Part shown: positions 27,735 to 38,003 of the stretch, in pieces
Layout of the letters: each line of letters starts with the position of its first letter
How positions within the stretch are numbered: the stretch's first letter is position 1
DNA from: an uncultured Neisseria sp.
GTDB taxonomy: Bacteria > Pseudomonadota > Gammaproteobacteria > Burkholderiales > Neisseriaceae
Direction of reading: 5' to 3'
NCBI GenBank assembly: GCA_963552075.1
Contig: CAUVJL010000001.1
Span: forward strand, 394-64,393
DNA length: 64,000 nt
Program-made: the position numbers and the translations under genes
Notes under the pieces: model-generated
Seen by the model: only the letters and a program-made list of their open reading frames with translations
Databases searched by the model: none
What the model was told of the DNA's origin: nothing

Positions 27735-28904
27735 ATGCAAAACAACTTCGACCCATTGCACATCCGAGGCAAATCATTGATTCCCGTCGTCCAAGGCGGA
27801 ATGGGCGTGGGCGTTTCCGCATCGAAACTCTCCAGCGCGGTCGCCCGCGAAAACGGTGTCGGCACGATTGCCAGCGTCGATTTGCGCCACCTTCATGACG
27901 ACCTGCTCGCCGAATCCAAAATCAATCCGAGCGAAGAAAAATACACCCGACTCAACTGTACCGCGCTTGACCGCGAAATCCAAAAAGCCAAAGCCGACGC
28001 AAACGGCAAAGGCATGATTGCCGTCAACGTCATGAAAGCCGTCAAAGACCACGCCGCCTACGTCCGCCAGGCCTGCGAATCGGGTGCGGATGCGATTGTG
28101 ATGGGTGCGGGATTGCCGCTGGATTTGCCCGAAATGACCGAGGGTTATCACAAAGATGTCGCCCTGTTCCCGATTTTGTCCGAATCGCGCGGTATCGGTA
28201 TCGTATTGAAACGCTGGATGAAAAAAGGTGTTTTGCCCGATGCCATCGTTATCGAACATCCCGCGCACGCTGCCGGACACTTGGGCGCGGCAAGCGTGGC
28301 AGGTGTGAACGATGCCAAGTTTGAATTCAAACGCGTCATCGAAGAAACTTTCGAAGTATTCAAGAACTTAGGTCTTGAAAGCGAAAAAATCCCGCTCATT
28401 CTCGCCGGCGGCATGGCGAACTTTGAAAAAGTCAAAACCGCGCTGAAAAACTGGGGCGCATCCGCCGTCCAAATCGGCACGGCGTTTGCGGTTACCGAAG
28501 AAGGCGATGCCCACATCAACTTCAAAAAAACGCTGGCAGGTGCGGAAACCGAGCATGTTGTCGAATTTATGTCCGTCGCCGGACTGCCCGCACGCGGTGT
28601 GCGCACCAAATTCCTAGACAGCTACATCAAGCGCGAATCCAAGCTGCAAGCCAATGCCAAAGCCGACCCGCGCCGCTGTACGCAAGGCTTGAACTGTCTG
28701 ACCAGCTGCGGCCTGCGCGACGGTTTGGCAAAAGCCGGACAATTCTGCATTGACATCCAACTCTCCGCCGCTTTCCGTGGAGAAGTCGATAAAGGCTTGT
28801 TTTTCCGAGGTAAAGACCCGCTGCCGTTTGGCAACGCCATCCGCACGGTGCAAGAAACCATCCAATATCTGCTCAACGGCGCTCTTCCCGCCGCAGCCAA
28901 ATAA
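27735..28904 (+). CDS. nitronate monooxygenase (NMO / 2-nitropropane dioxygenase) family protein
   Basis: TIM-barrel FMN protein pattern (PVVQGGMGVGVS...IVMGAGLP...GGMA). Start chosen at MQNNFDPL (27735). Confidence 0.85.
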   Translation: MQNNFDPLHIRGKSLIPVVQGGMGVGVSASKLSSAVARENGVGTIASVDLRHLHDDLLAESKINPSEEKYTRLNCTALDREIQKAKADANGKGMIAVNVMKAVKDHAAYVRQACESGADAIVMGAGLPLDLPEMTEGYHKDVALFPILSESRGIGIVLKRWMKKGVLPDAIVIEHPAHAAGHLGAASVAGVNDAKFEFKRVIEETFEVFKNLGLESEKIPLILAGGMANFEKVKTALKNWGASAVQIGTAFAVTEEGDAHINFKKTLAGAETEHVVEFMSVAGLPARGVRTKFLDSYIKRESKLQANAKADPRRCTQGLNCLTSCGLRDGLAKAGQFCIDIQLSAAFRGEVDKGLFFRGKDPLPFGNAIRTVQETIQYLLNGALPAAAK

Positions 28905-28957
28905 TTCATACCCGCAGATGAACGCTAAAAAAGGGCATATTTCAATGTGCCCTTTTT

Positions 28958-29025
28958 TAGTGGATTAAATTTAAATCAGGATAAGGCGAGGCAACGCCGT
29001 ACTGGTTTAAAGTTAATCCACTATA
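28958..29025. mobile_element. mini-Correia element (68 bp; the two terminal repeats only)
   Basis: TAGTGGATTAAATTTAAATCAGGATAAGGCGAGGCAACGCCGTACTGGTTTAAAGTTAATCCACTATA. Confidence 0.75.
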
Positions 29026-29054
29026 TTTTGCCTGTAAATCGCGTGATGCTCAAA

Positions 29055-29090
29055 AAAGGTCGTCTGAAACCGATTTTCAGACGACCTTTT
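29055..29090. terminator. DUS-pair hairpin
   Basis: AGGTCGTCTGAA at 29057-29068 and TTCAGACGACCT at 29076-29087. Confidence 0.65.
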
Positions 29091-29183
29091 CCCAACGCGT
29101 CTTCCCTTTTCCTGCACACATTGTCAACAAAATCCGCATAAAAAATGCTAAGATGACCGTCTCGATAGACATTTGGAACACCC

Positions 29184-30371
29184 ATGAACTCACTACTCAA
29201 CCAGCTCCAACCCTATCCATTCGCCCGCCTGCGCGAAGCCATGCAGGGCGTTAACCCTCCCGAAGGCGTCACCCCCGTCCACCTTCACATCGGCGAGCCG
29301 AAACACCCTACCCCCGAAGTCATCACCAATGCGCTGACCGCCTCGCTGCACGAACTGGAAAAATACCCCCTGACCGCAGGTCTGCCCGAGCTGCGTCAAG
29401 CCTGTGCCGACTGGATGCGCCGCCGTTATGACGGACTGACCGTCAACCCCGATACAGAAGTCCTACCCGTACTCGGCAGCCGCGAAGCCTTGTTTTCCTT
29501 CGTTCAAACCGTCTTAAACCCCGTTTCAGACGACCTCAAACCCGTCGTCCTCAGCCCCAACCCGTTCTACCAAATCTACGAAGGCGCAGCCATCCTCGGC
29601 GGCGGCGAAATCCGTTTTGCCAACTGCCCTGCCCCGTCCTTCAAGCCCGATTGGAAAAGCATCACCGAAGAAGTATGGCAACGCACCAAAGTCATGTTCG
29701 TCTGCTCGCCCAACAACCCCAGCGGCAGCGTCCTGCAACTGGAAGACTGGAAAGAAATCTTTGATCTGCAAGACAAATACGGTTTCATCATCGCTTCCGA
29801 CGAATGCTATTCCGAAATCTATTTCGACGGCAACAAACCCATAGGCGGCTTACAGGCGGCAGCGCAATTAGGGCGCGGCAACCGCAATATCGTCATGTTC
29901 ACCAGCCTCTCCAAACGCTCCAACGTCCCCGGACTGCGCTCCGGCTTTGTCGCAGGCGATGCCGAATTGCTTAAAAACTTCCTGCTCTACCGCACCTACC
30001 ACGGTAGCGCGATGAGCATCCCCGTCCAACGCGCCAGCATCGCCGCATGGAACGACGAGGAACACGTCATCGCCAACCGCCGCCTGTATCAGGAAAAATT
30101 TGACTGCGTCATCCCCATTTTGCAGCAGGCATTCGATGTCAAACTGCCCGACGCATCATTCTACATCTGGCTGAAAGTCCCCGATGGCGATGACTTGGCA
30201 TTTGCCAAAAACCTCTGGCAAAAAGCCGCCATCCAAGTCCTCCCCGGCCGCTTCCTTGCCCGCGATACCGAATGGGGCAATCCAGGCGAAGGCTACGTCC
30301 GCATCGCCTTGGTCGCCGATATCGATAGCTGCGTCAAAGCCGCCGAAACCATCGTTTCCCTGTATCGCTGA
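29184..30371 (+). CDS. dapC: succinyldiaminopimelate transaminase
   Basis: Class I aminotransferase with the DapC-type N-terminus (LQPYPFARLREA...IGEPKHPTP) and the SLSKRSN PLP-lysine motif. Confidence 0.85.
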   Translation: MNSLLNQLQPYPFARLREAMQGVNPPEGVTPVHLHIGEPKHPTPEVITNALTASLHELEKYPLTAGLPELRQACADWMRRRYDGLTVNPDTEVLPVLGSREALFSFVQTVLNPVSDDLKPVVLSPNPFYQIYEGAAILGGGEIRFANCPAPSFKPDWKSITEEVWQRTKVMFVCSPNNPSGSVLQLEDWKEIFDLQDKYGFIIASDECYSEIYFDGNKPIGGLQAAAQLGRGNRNIVMFTSLSKRSNVPGLRSGFVAGDAELLKNFLLYRTYHGSAMSIPVQRASIAAWNDEEHVIANRRLYQEKFDCVIPILQQAFDVKLPDASFYIWLKVPDGDDLAFAKNLWQKAAIQVLPGRFLARDTEWGNPGEGYVRIALVADIDSCVKAAETIVSLYR

Positions 30372-30390
30372 ATAAAGTAGTGATTCAATA

Positions 30391-30436
30391 AAAGGTCGTC
30401 TGAAAACCTCAAATCCGAGTTTTCAGACGACCTTTT
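30391..30436. terminator. DUS-pair hairpin terminator
   Basis: AGGTCGTCTGAA at 30393-30404 and TTCAGACGACCT at 30422-30433. Confidence 0.7.
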
Positions 30437-30548
30437 TGATTTCATTCAAACAGCCTTTGCTATAACGGTATTTACTTCACTTATCAAACTTGCCCATAAA
30501 ACATTTTAAACCTACAATGCCGCTGTTTATCACATCTCCGAGTCCATC

Positions 30549-31328
30549 ATGTTCTTCGTCCTTTCCCCCGCCAAAAACCTCAATGAAAAAGACCCTGCGC
30601 CCGTCAAAGAATTCACCCAACCCGACCTCTTGGCTGAAGCCGAAATCCTGATGCGCCAACTGCGTGAACTTGCTCCGCAGCAAATCGCCGAGCTGATGCA
30701 CGTTTCCGACAAAATCGCCCTCTTAAACGCCGAGCGCAACGCCGAATGGCATACGCCGTTTACCCCTGAAAACGCCAAACAGGCAGTCTTTATGTTCAAC
30801 GGCGACGTTTACGAAGGTATCGCCGCAGACACCCTCAAGCCCGAACAAATCCAATATCTGCAACAACACGTCCGCCTGCTTTCCGGCCTCTACGGCGTCC
30901 TGCGCCCGCTGGATTTGATGCAGCCCTACCGCTTGGAAATGGGAACGGCGTTTGCCAACACACGCGGTAAGAACCTGTATGAATTTTGGGGCGACATCAT
31001 CACCAACCTGCTGAACGACACCCTTGCCCAAGCAGGCAGCGACATATTGGTTAACCTCGCTTCGCAAGAATATTTCAAATCCGTCAACACTAAAAAACTC
31101 AAAGCCCGCCTGATTACCCCCGTTTTTAAAGATGAAAAAAACGGCAAATACAAAATCATCAGCTTCTACGCCAAACGCGCGCGCGGACTGATGGTACGCT
31201 ACGCGGCGGAACACAATATTACCGACCCTGAAATGCTGAAAAATTTCGATTACGAAGGCTACGCATTTAGCGCAGCAGCGTCCAATGAGTCCGAATGGGT
31301 GTTCATGCGTAAAGAACAAACCAAGTAA
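30549..31328 (+). CDS. yaaA: peroxide stress protein YaaA (UPF0246)
   Basis: [11 protein letters not shown]... N-terminus and conserved blocks ([31 protein letters not shown]). Confidence 0.9.
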   Translation: MFFVLSPAKNLNEKDPAPVKEFTQPDLLAEAEILMRQLRELAPQQIAELMHVSDKIALLNAERNAEWHTPFTPENAKQAVFMFNGDVYEGIAADTLKPEQIQYLQQHVRLLSGLYGVLRPLDLMQPYRLEMGTAFANTRGKNLYEFWGDIITNLLNDTLAQAGSDILVNLASQEYFKSVNTKKLKARLITPVFKDEKNGKYKIISFYAKRARGLMVRYAAEHNITDPEMLKNFDYEGYAFSAAASNESEWVFMRKEQTK

Positions 31329-31408
31329 AAACAAAAAACTAAATATTCGCCTGCAAATTTCGCTTGGCAAACCCGACAAATTTCATTATTATTTCGGCTT
31401 CAAGAAAC

Positions 31409-31499
<91 letters not shown>

Positions 31500-31580
31500 T
31501 TTCTTGAAAATAGAAAAACCAAATAAAAATGAAGTGAAGCCCAGCCATCAACATTTTTATTTGGTTTTACTTTATTCTAC

Positions 31581-31670
31581 GGAAACGTGGCAGAGAGGCT
31601 GAATGCAGCGGACTCGAAATCCGCTGAGGGTGCAAATCCTCCGTGGGTTCGAATCCCACCGTTTCCGCCA
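31581..31670 (+). tRNA. tRNA-Ser (anticodon CGA)
   Basis: Acceptor GGAAACG/CGTTTCC, anticodon loop CTCGAAA, long variable arm, T-loop GTTCGAATC, encoded CCA. Confidence 0.9.
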
Positions 31671-31748
31671 AACCGGACAAAAGCTGCCCTTTCCATAGCA
31701 GTTTTTTTTGAATTTGCCTCCCAAGTATTGGCTATGTATAGTGAACGG

Positions 31749-31866
31749 GCTCAACTTCAAGGGGCATTCAGTTTTCAGACGACTTTGGATTCGGATTTCA
31801 AGTGCATCAGTGGTTGGAACAGATTCAAGAATAAAACACTTGGCGTTTCGTAACCAAGTGTTTTTC
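31749..31866 (+). ncRNA. candidate small non-coding transcript (promoter plus terminator, no ORF)
   Basis: TTGCCT-N17-TATAGT at 31714-31742. Hairpin AACACTTGG/CCAAGTGTT at 31834-31861 followed by TTTTT. No credible ORF in between. Confidence 0.2.
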
Positions 31867-31902
31867 TTGGGCGGATAAGGATGTTAATGTGTTGCATTGC
31901 AG

Positions 31903-31937
31903 GAAAGGCCGGTATGCTACCGCATACCGGCCTTTTT
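31903..31937 (+). terminator. strong orphan rho-independent terminator
   Basis: AAAGGCCGGTATGC-TACC-GCATACCGGCCTTTTT, an 11-bp GC-rich stem plus T5. No upstream + strand gene. Confidence 0.6.
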
Positions 31938-32031
31938 CTGTTATGGAAAGTTGCACTTCAAATCCGAATCCGCCGTCGTCTGAAAAGCATCAATTACTTT
32001 TTCAGACGACCTTTGCGTATTTGCCGGATAG

Positions 32032-32712
32032 TTACTGCTCTTCCAAGCGTCCGTCGTGCATCAGCATAACCCGCTCAAAGCGGACTGCCAACTCGTCATC
32101 ATGCGTGACCACAATCAGGCTGGTATTCAACTCGGATTTCAGATCCAGCATCATATCCAGTACATTTTGCGCATTTTTACGGTCAAGATTGCCTGTAGGC
32201 TCGTCAGCAAGCAAACATTTGGGACGTGTTACCAGCGCGCGCGCAATGGCGGCACGTTGGCGTTCGCCACCGGAAAGCTCGCTGGGGCGGTGTTGTATGC
32301 GCTTTTTCAAACCCGCTTTTTCCAACATTTCAACCGCACGCTGTTCTGCTTCGGCTTTTTTCATCTTGCCGATTAAAAGCGGCATCATGACGTTTTCCAA
32401 AGCGGAAAATTCAGGCAGTAAATGGTGGAACTGGTACACGAAACCCAAATACTGATTGCGCAGCAGACCCAGTTGTTTCTGTCCCAACTGACTCAAATCC
32501 TGTCCCATCAGTACCACGCTGCCGGAAGTCGGCTTATCCAAACCGCCCAAAATGTGCATCAAGGTCGATTTGCCGCTACCGGACGAACCGATAATGCTGA
32601 CGCTTTGACCTTCGAGCACTTCTAGCCTCAACTGATTCAAAACGTTGACATTCAATTGACCGTCTTTGTAGCTTTTGCTGACATTATCGCATTTCAAAAC
32701 TACTTTATTCAT
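32032..32712 (-). CDS. lolD: lipoprotein-releasing ABC transporter ATP-binding protein LolD
   Basis: Walker [10 protein letters not shown], signature LSGGERQR, Walker [12 protein letters not shown]. Start chosen at MNKVVLKC, overlapping the lolC stop. Confidence 0.9.
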   Translation of the reverse strand: MNKVVLKCDNVSKSYKDGQLNVNVLNQLRLEVLEGQSVSIIGSSGSGKSTLMHILGGLDKPTSGSVVLMGQDLSQLGQKQLGLLRNQYLGFVYQFHHLLPEFSALENVMMPLLIGKMKKAEAEQRAVEMLEKAGLKKRIQHRPSELSGGERQRAAIARALVTRPKCLLADEPTGNLDRKNAQNVLDMMLDLKSELNTSLIVVTHDDELAVRFERVMLMHDGRLEEQ

Positions 32713-33955
32713 AGCGCAAAGCCTCCGCCGGTTGGGTTCTTGCAGCACGCCAGCTTGGATAGAGCGTAGCGATAAACGACAAAATCAGGGAAATGCAGGC
32801 AATCAGCACAACATCATGAACACTGACATCACTCGGGATATAATCAATGAAATAAACTTGTGATTTGATGAATTGGAAACCAAACCAACTCTCTAACTGT
32901 TTGACAATACTGCCCACGTTCAAAGCCAACGTGACACCGGTAATCACACCGGTTAAGGTGCCGAAAAAGCCGGCAAATACGCCCTGCACCATAAAAATTT
33001 TCATAATGCTGCCCGGGGAGACACCCAAAGTCCTCAAAATGGCAATATCGGCTTGTTTTTCCGTAACCGCCATGACCAAAGAAGAAACCAAGTTAAAGGT
33101 GGCTACGGCAACAATCAGCAGCAGAATGATGAACATCACCCTTTTCTCCATTTCTACGGCCTCGAAATAACTGCGGTTGGTGTATGTCCAATCGCGCAAC
33201 CATACTTCTTCTTGCAGATTTTTCGGCAGCAGTGTTTCGGTGAACGACGGCGCGTTGATCGGATCGGCAAGTTTCAATCTCAAGCCTGCCGCATTTTCAT
33301 CTAGGCGGTACAAGACTTGGGCATCTTTCATGTGTGTCAATGCCAGAGAATTGTTCAATTCATGGATTTTGGTTTTGACTAAACCGACAACTTTAAATTG
33401 TTTCAGACGAGGTACGACACCGGCAGGCGTCACGTTGCCTTCAGGTGTAACGACAGTGATTTTTTCACCAACCTTTACATCCAAAGTCTCAGCCAAATCC
33501 TGTCCCAAAATAATATCGAATTCGCCTGGTTTCAAATCATCAAAACTGCCTACAGGCATTTCTTTACTGTATTCAACGATCTTTTTTTCTTCATCAGGCA
33601 AAATCCCGCGGATTTGAACGCCTTGGACCTCACCCGCATTTGCCAGCAATGCCTGCCCCGAAACATAAGGTGCCGACTGAAGCACCTCTTTGCGTCCTTT
33701 AATAATCTCGCGCAGGCTCTCCCAGCTTTTACCGTTGCCGTTATCGTAATAACCCATTTCGGCATGAGGAGCCACTTTCAAAAGCTGCCCCCGTATGTCT
33801 CTCTGAAAGCCCGCCATGACAGACAATACGACAATCAAAGCCATTACACCGAGTGCAATACCTACAATAGAAATGACGGTGATAAACGACATGAAGCCAT
33901 TGCGTTTTTTTGCCCGCAAATAGCGCAGTCCTATCCAAGTCTCTAAAGAAGCCAT
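32705..33955 (-). CDS. lolC: lipoprotein-releasing system permease (LolC/E family)
   Basis: 416 aa with MacB-like topology and FtsX domain. The typical N-terminus is [22 protein letters not shown]. Confidence 0.9.
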   Translation of the reverse strand: MASLETWIGLRYLRAKKRNGFMSFITVISIVGIALGVMALIVVLSVMAGFQRDIRGQLLKVAPHAEMGYYDNGNGKSWESLREIIKGRKEVLQSAPYVSGQALLANAGEVQGVQIRGILPDEEKKIVEYSKEMPVGSFDDLKPGEFDIILGQDLAETLDVKVGEKITVVTPEGNVTPAGVVPRLKQFKVVGLVKTKIHELNNSLALTHMKDAQVLYRLDENAAGLRLKLADPINAPSFTETLLPKNLQEEVWLRDWTYTNRSYFEAVEMEKRVMFIILLLIVAVATFNLVSSLVMAVTEKQADIAILRTLGVSPGSIMKIFMVQGVFAGFFGTLTGVITGVTLALNVGSIVKQLESWFGFQFIKSQVYFIDYIPSDVSVHDVVLIACISLILSFIATLYPSWRAARTQPAEALRYE

Positions 33956-34179
33956 TTATATGCCTCATCCGTTTGTCAAAAAACGCCTATTGTACCGTAA
34001 AACCGACAGGTCGTCTGAATACGCCGAAACGACCAAGAATAGAGACATCGCAATTTGTAAACCAAAGTCTTCTTATTCAGGGCTACCGTAAAATCGGCCG
34101 AAAAACTTGCACAATCATCTATTCGGCCTTATTCTGAAATCGCGGTAAAGTTTACCGCCATCAAAAAGGAAAACCATTA

Positions 34180-34467
34180 ATGAACATCACAAAATTCTTA
34201 GCATTATCCGTTGCCGCTGCCGGATTGGCATTTAGTGCAAATGCGTATGCGGCTAAGGAGATTAAAATCAGTTCAAACAATACGTCCTATTCCGCTGCCG
34301 ACGTGCAAAAACTTGCCGCAACCGCAGTCGGCATGGGTGTTAAGGAACCGGTCAGCCTGACCGCAGGCAGCGGTGTCGTTACCGTGTCCGGCAGCAGCGC
34401 CACCAAATGTGCCTTTAAAGTAGGCAGCGGCGACACTCCGCAAATTCAAGGCGTAAGCTGCAAATAA
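34180..34467 (+). CDS. small secreted hypothetical protein (95 aa)
   Basis: Sec signal peptide (LALSVAAAGLAFSANAYA) and two Cys in the mature part. AAGGAAA RBS. Confidence 0.5.
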   Translation: MNITKFLALSVAAAGLAFSANAYAAKEIKISSNNTSYSAADVQKLAATAVGMGVKEPVSLTAGSGVVTVSGSSATKCAFKVGSGDTPQIQGVSCK

Positions 34468-34484
34468 ACCGGCTTTGTTTGAAA

Positions 34485-34519
34485 TAAGGTCGTCTGAAAC
34501 GCGTTTTCAGACGACCTTA
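34485..34519. terminator. DUS-pair hairpin terminator (bidirectional)
   Basis: AGGTCGTCTGAA at 34487-34498 and TTCAGACGACCT at 34506-34517. Confidence 0.7.
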
Positions 34520-34523
34520 TTGT

Positions 34524-35129
34524 TTATTCCTTGATTGCGCGCCTTTCATAAACGGCCTGCGCCAAAGTCCCTGCATCGACATATTCCAGCTCCCCACCCA
34601 AAGGGATGCCTCTGGCAAGACGGCTGACTTTGTATGGAAGGTTTTTAAACAATTCTGCCAACACATACGCCGTCGCATCTCCTTCGGCAGTAAAGTTTGT
34701 TGCAATGATGATTTCTTCGACATCGGCGTTCTGCAACCTTGCCACCAGTTTGTCCAATGCGATGGCGCTCACATCCATCCCTTGCGCGGGACTGATTTGC
34801 CCCATCAGCACAAAATACAAACCGTCATGGCAATTGGCTGTTTCCATATTGGAGACATCTGCTGGCATATGGACGATCATCAGGCGGTGTTTGTCGCGCA
34901 ATTCGTCAGAACAGATATCACACAAACTCCCTTCGCAAAATGTGTTGCACATCCTGCAATGCTGGACTTGCTTTAATGCGTATTGCAAAGCATCAACCAA
35001 CTCCTGCGCCTGCTCCCGCTTGCTTTGCAGCAATTGATGCGCCATGCGCTGCGCGGATTTCGGACCGACATTGGGTAAAATTTTCAAGGCATTAATCAGC
35101 CGCGTAAAAGCATCGGGAGCTTTGCTCAT
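34524..35129 (-). CDS. recR: recombination protein RecR
   Basis: HhH N-terminus (LINALKILPNVGPKSAQRMA), C4 zinc finger (CRMCNTFCEGSLCDIC) and Toprim domain. Confidence 0.95.
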   Translation of the reverse strand: MSKAPDAFTRLINALKILPNVGPKSAQRMAHQLLQSKREQAQELVDALQYALKQVQHCRMCNTFCEGSLCDICSDELRDKHRLMIVHMPADVSNMETANCHDGLYFVLMGQISPAQGMDVSAIALDKLVARLQNADVEEIIIATNFTAEGDATAYVLAELFKNLPYKVSRLARGIPLGGELEYVDAGTLAQAVYERRAIKE

Positions 35130-35197
35130 GGTATTCAGACGACCTCTAACCGAAAAACAAGGAAAATTGGGATGTGTATAGTAGTGAAATCACTATA

Positions 35198-35352
35198 TAT
35201 AGTGGATTAACTAAATCAGGACAAGGCGACGAAGCCGCAGACAGTACAGATAGTACGGAACCGATTCACTTGGTGCTTCAGCACCTTAGAGAATCGTTCT
35301 CTTTGAGCTAAGGCGAGGCAACGCCGTACTGGTTTAAAGTTAATCCACTATA
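35198..35352. mobile_element. Correia element, full length (155 bp)
   Basis: Canonical terminal inverted repeats. The left one is slightly deleted (TAACTAAATCAGG). Canonical core. Confidence 0.9.
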
Positions 35353-35387
35353 TATTGATGGGGCAAGAAAGGCTGATTATATAATGA

Positions 35388-35414
35388 AAACGGTCGGATT
35401 TTCTCCGACCGTTT
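35388..35414. terminator. hairpin AAACGGTCGGA-TTTTC-TCCGACCGTTT
   Basis: Perfect 11-bp stem flanked by A and T runs. Downstream of ppiD on the - strand. Confidence 0.6.
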
Positions 35415-35480
35415 GATTCTGTTTAAGGCAGACGGGCAATCATGTTTGCCATCATTGCCGCCTACCTGTTCATCACCAGC

Positions 35481-37331
35481 TTACTCTGCTGAATTATCAA
35501 CTTTTTGCGCACCTTGCTCGCGCTTGATTTCCTTGCTGAAATAACGCAGCAATGCATCAAAAATGTTGGCAGACTGCTGTTGCGCCAGCATTTGTTTGGC
35601 AGCAGGCACTTGGGAAGCGATATTTTCCGGCGCGGCAATATTTTGTACTTCAACAATTACAGGAGCCGGCATGCCTTCCAGCAGCATGGCGTATGCAGGT
35701 TTGCCATTTTGCGGACGGGCTTTAATCAGTTCGTTATACGCTTCGGGTGCCATGGTTCGGCGTGCATCTTGCGCACTCAATTTCGATACTTCCGACCATT
35801 TCAAGTCAACTGCCTTGCCTGCCTTCAAAGCCTCGATGGCTTCTTTGGCTTTTTTATCGGCCAGTTTTGCGGCTTCACTGCGCAGATAAGCCAAACGCAC
35901 TTCTTCTTGAACGTCAGCGAAAGGTGCGGTTTTTTCTTCCCTGACTTCCTTGACACGAATAACCCAAACCGTATCTTTGTCCATGGAAATCAAATCGGAA
36001 TTGTGTTTTTTCTTCAACACATCTTCACTGAACGCAGCATTAATCAATGCATCGGGCAAACCTGCTGCTTTACCGTTGGCTTGAGTCAACCAATCTTGAT
36101 CCAGGCTTTCCAGTTTCAGATTTATTTTTTTAGCGACATCCGCTAGGGAAGTCGGCGTATTAAATGCTTCTTCAGAAAGCTTTTCTTTGGCCGAATTAAA
36201 TTCGGAAGCAGCTTTTTTCAGCTTCAAATCGGCTTCGATACGGGCTTTTTCATGTTCTAAAGATACTTTGTCTTCGATATTCAAAACTTGGACGATATCG
36301 TAGCCGACCGGCGTTTGAACCACATCGCTGATTCCGCCTTTAGGCAGCGAGAACGCCACGTTTTCCAAATCCGTACCCAAGCCGCCGTCTTTAGACAGAT
36401 AGCCCAAGTTGCCGCCTTTGGAAGCAGATGCGGTGTCTTTTGAATATTTCTTCGCCAGATCAGCAAAATCGGCCGGTTTGGCTTTCAGCTCTGCCGCAAC
36501 TTTGTCTGCTTCGGCTTTGATTGCCGCGCGTACCGTTTCATCGGCATCTTGAGGCACCGGGAAGAAGATGTGGGCAATTTCACGGCGGGGCGAAAGATGG
36601 GGCGCCTGCTCGTCAAATGCTTTTTTCACTTCGTCTTCGCTGACGGTCTGTTTGTCCGCCAAATCTTTGGCACTCAGGGCGATGTATTCCAATTTCACGC
36701 CTTGCGGAATCAGATAATCTTTTTTGTGCGCCTCATAATATGCCTTCAATGCGGCATCATCAACTTTTACTTGAGAAACAAAGGATTCAGGATTGAATGT
36801 TACCGAACGGATATCGCGGGTCGCCTGAGTCAGCTTAATCAGCTGCTCTGCTTGCGCATCGCTGATAATCGCACCGTTTTGCACCAAATTGATCAAACTT
36901 TGCAACGCATACCGTTCGCGGATGTCGGCGACAAACTGGTCTTCCGTCATATGGCGTTGGCTCAGGAAGTTTGAAAAAATCTGTTGGCTGAATTTACCGT
37001 TTTGATCGTGAAAGTTAGGATCATCCACGATCAGTTGTTTAAGCTGCTCTTGGGAAACTTCCACACCCATCAACTTGGCACCTTCCTTCAGATAGGCGCG
37101 TTGAACCAAAGATTGGAATACGGCTCCCCGCGACGGGCTTTGACCTTGAAGCTGCTCACCTTGCAACTCATTATTCAAAGAATACTCACTGATTTTTTCA
37201 TCCCCTATTTTGACGATAAAATCAGAGCCGGGCGCAGCAACCGTACTGACACCGAAGCCGACGAAGGTCAGCGCGATCAGACCCAACAAAATCTGGGCCG
37301 GAGTTTTATATTTTTCAACGGTATGGAACAT
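35481..37331 (-). CDS. ppiD: periplasmic chaperone / peptidyl-prolyl isomerase PpiD-like (SurA N-terminal domain protein)
   Basis: 616 aa. N-terminal TM anchor, SurA_N-like domain, degenerate parvulin region. Same size and layout as PpiD. Confidence 0.8.
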   Translation of the reverse strand: MFHTVEKYKTPAQILLGLIALTFVGFGVSTVAAPGSDFIVKIGDEKISEYSLNNELQGEQLQGQSPSRGAVFQSLVQRAYLKEGAKLMGVEVSQEQLKQLIVDDPNFHDQNGKFSQQIFSNFLSQRHMTEDQFVADIRERYALQSLINLVQNGAIISDAQAEQLIKLTQATRDIRSVTFNPESFVSQVKVDDAALKAYYEAHKKDYLIPQGVKLEYIALSAKDLADKQTVSEDEVKKAFDEQAPHLSPRREIAHIFFPVPQDADETVRAAIKAEADKVAAELKAKPADFADLAKKYSKDTASASKGGNLGYLSKDGGLGTDLENVAFSLPKGGISDVVQTPVGYDIVQVLNIEDKVSLEHEKARIEADLKLKKAASEFNSAKEKLSEEAFNTPTSLADVAKKINLKLESLDQDWLTQANGKAAGLPDALINAAFSEDVLKKKHNSDLISMDKDTVWVIRVKEVREEKTAPFADVQEEVRLAYLRSEAAKLADKKAKEAIEALKAGKAVDLKWSEVSKLSAQDARRTMAPEAYNELIKARPQNGKPAYAMLLEGMPAPVIVEVQNIAAPENIASQVPAAKQMLAQQQSANIFDALLRYFSKEIKREQGAQKVDNSAE

Positions 37332-37456
37332 ATTATCTGAAGACGTAATGGTTAAAATAGCAAACGCGCATTGTAGCGCGTTTTGCCCTGTTATGCACTC
37401 TTGGCAGAACGCTGGTCCGACTTATTTTTCAGACGACCCCATTCCGCCGTATCGTG

Positions 37457-37807
37457 TTATTTTGAAAAAATTTCTTGATAGTTTTCTTCGGAAAAGCCGA
37501 CGAAAAACTGCCCTTCCTTTTCCAAAACCGGACGCTTGATGATGCTGGGCTGTTCCGCCATCAATCGAACCGCGCCATCGGCAGTAGCCGCAGCGGCTTG
37601 GGCTTGCCCATCCAGCTTGCGCCACGTCGTACCGCGTTTGTTCAATAAAACCTCCAGCGGTATCTGCTCCAACCATTTGCTTATCGTGTCAACTTGCGGC
37701 GGGCTCTTTTTAAAATCCACAAATTGAAAATCAACACCATGTTCTTCCAACCATTTGCGGGCTTTTTTCACCGTATCGCAATTGGGAATGCCGTATAACT
37801 GAATCAT
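37457..37807 (-). CDS. ArsC/Spx/MgsR family protein (YffB-like)
   Basis: MIQLYGIPNCDTVKKARKWLEEHG... is a typical ArsC-family N-terminus. 116 aa. Confidence 0.8.
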   Translation of the reverse strand: MIQLYGIPNCDTVKKARKWLEEHGVDFQFVDFKKSPPQVDTISKWLEQIPLEVLLNKRGTTWRKLDGQAQAAAATADGAVRLMAEQPSIIKRPVLEKEGQFFVGFSEENYQEIFSK

Positions 37808-38003
37808 CTTGAAATCACTCTCTATCCTAAAGAAAAAGCGCCGTCATTTTAGCCGATTTTCCTTTTAATCAGAACAAAATGGGTCGTCTGAAACCTTTTC
37901 AGACGACCTCTGTACGCTTTTCCTATACTCAACGGCTTTTTTCATCAAGCGTTTGTTCTTATAATATCGAACTATTCCATTGCTACCCGACAAAGGATTC
38001 CAC

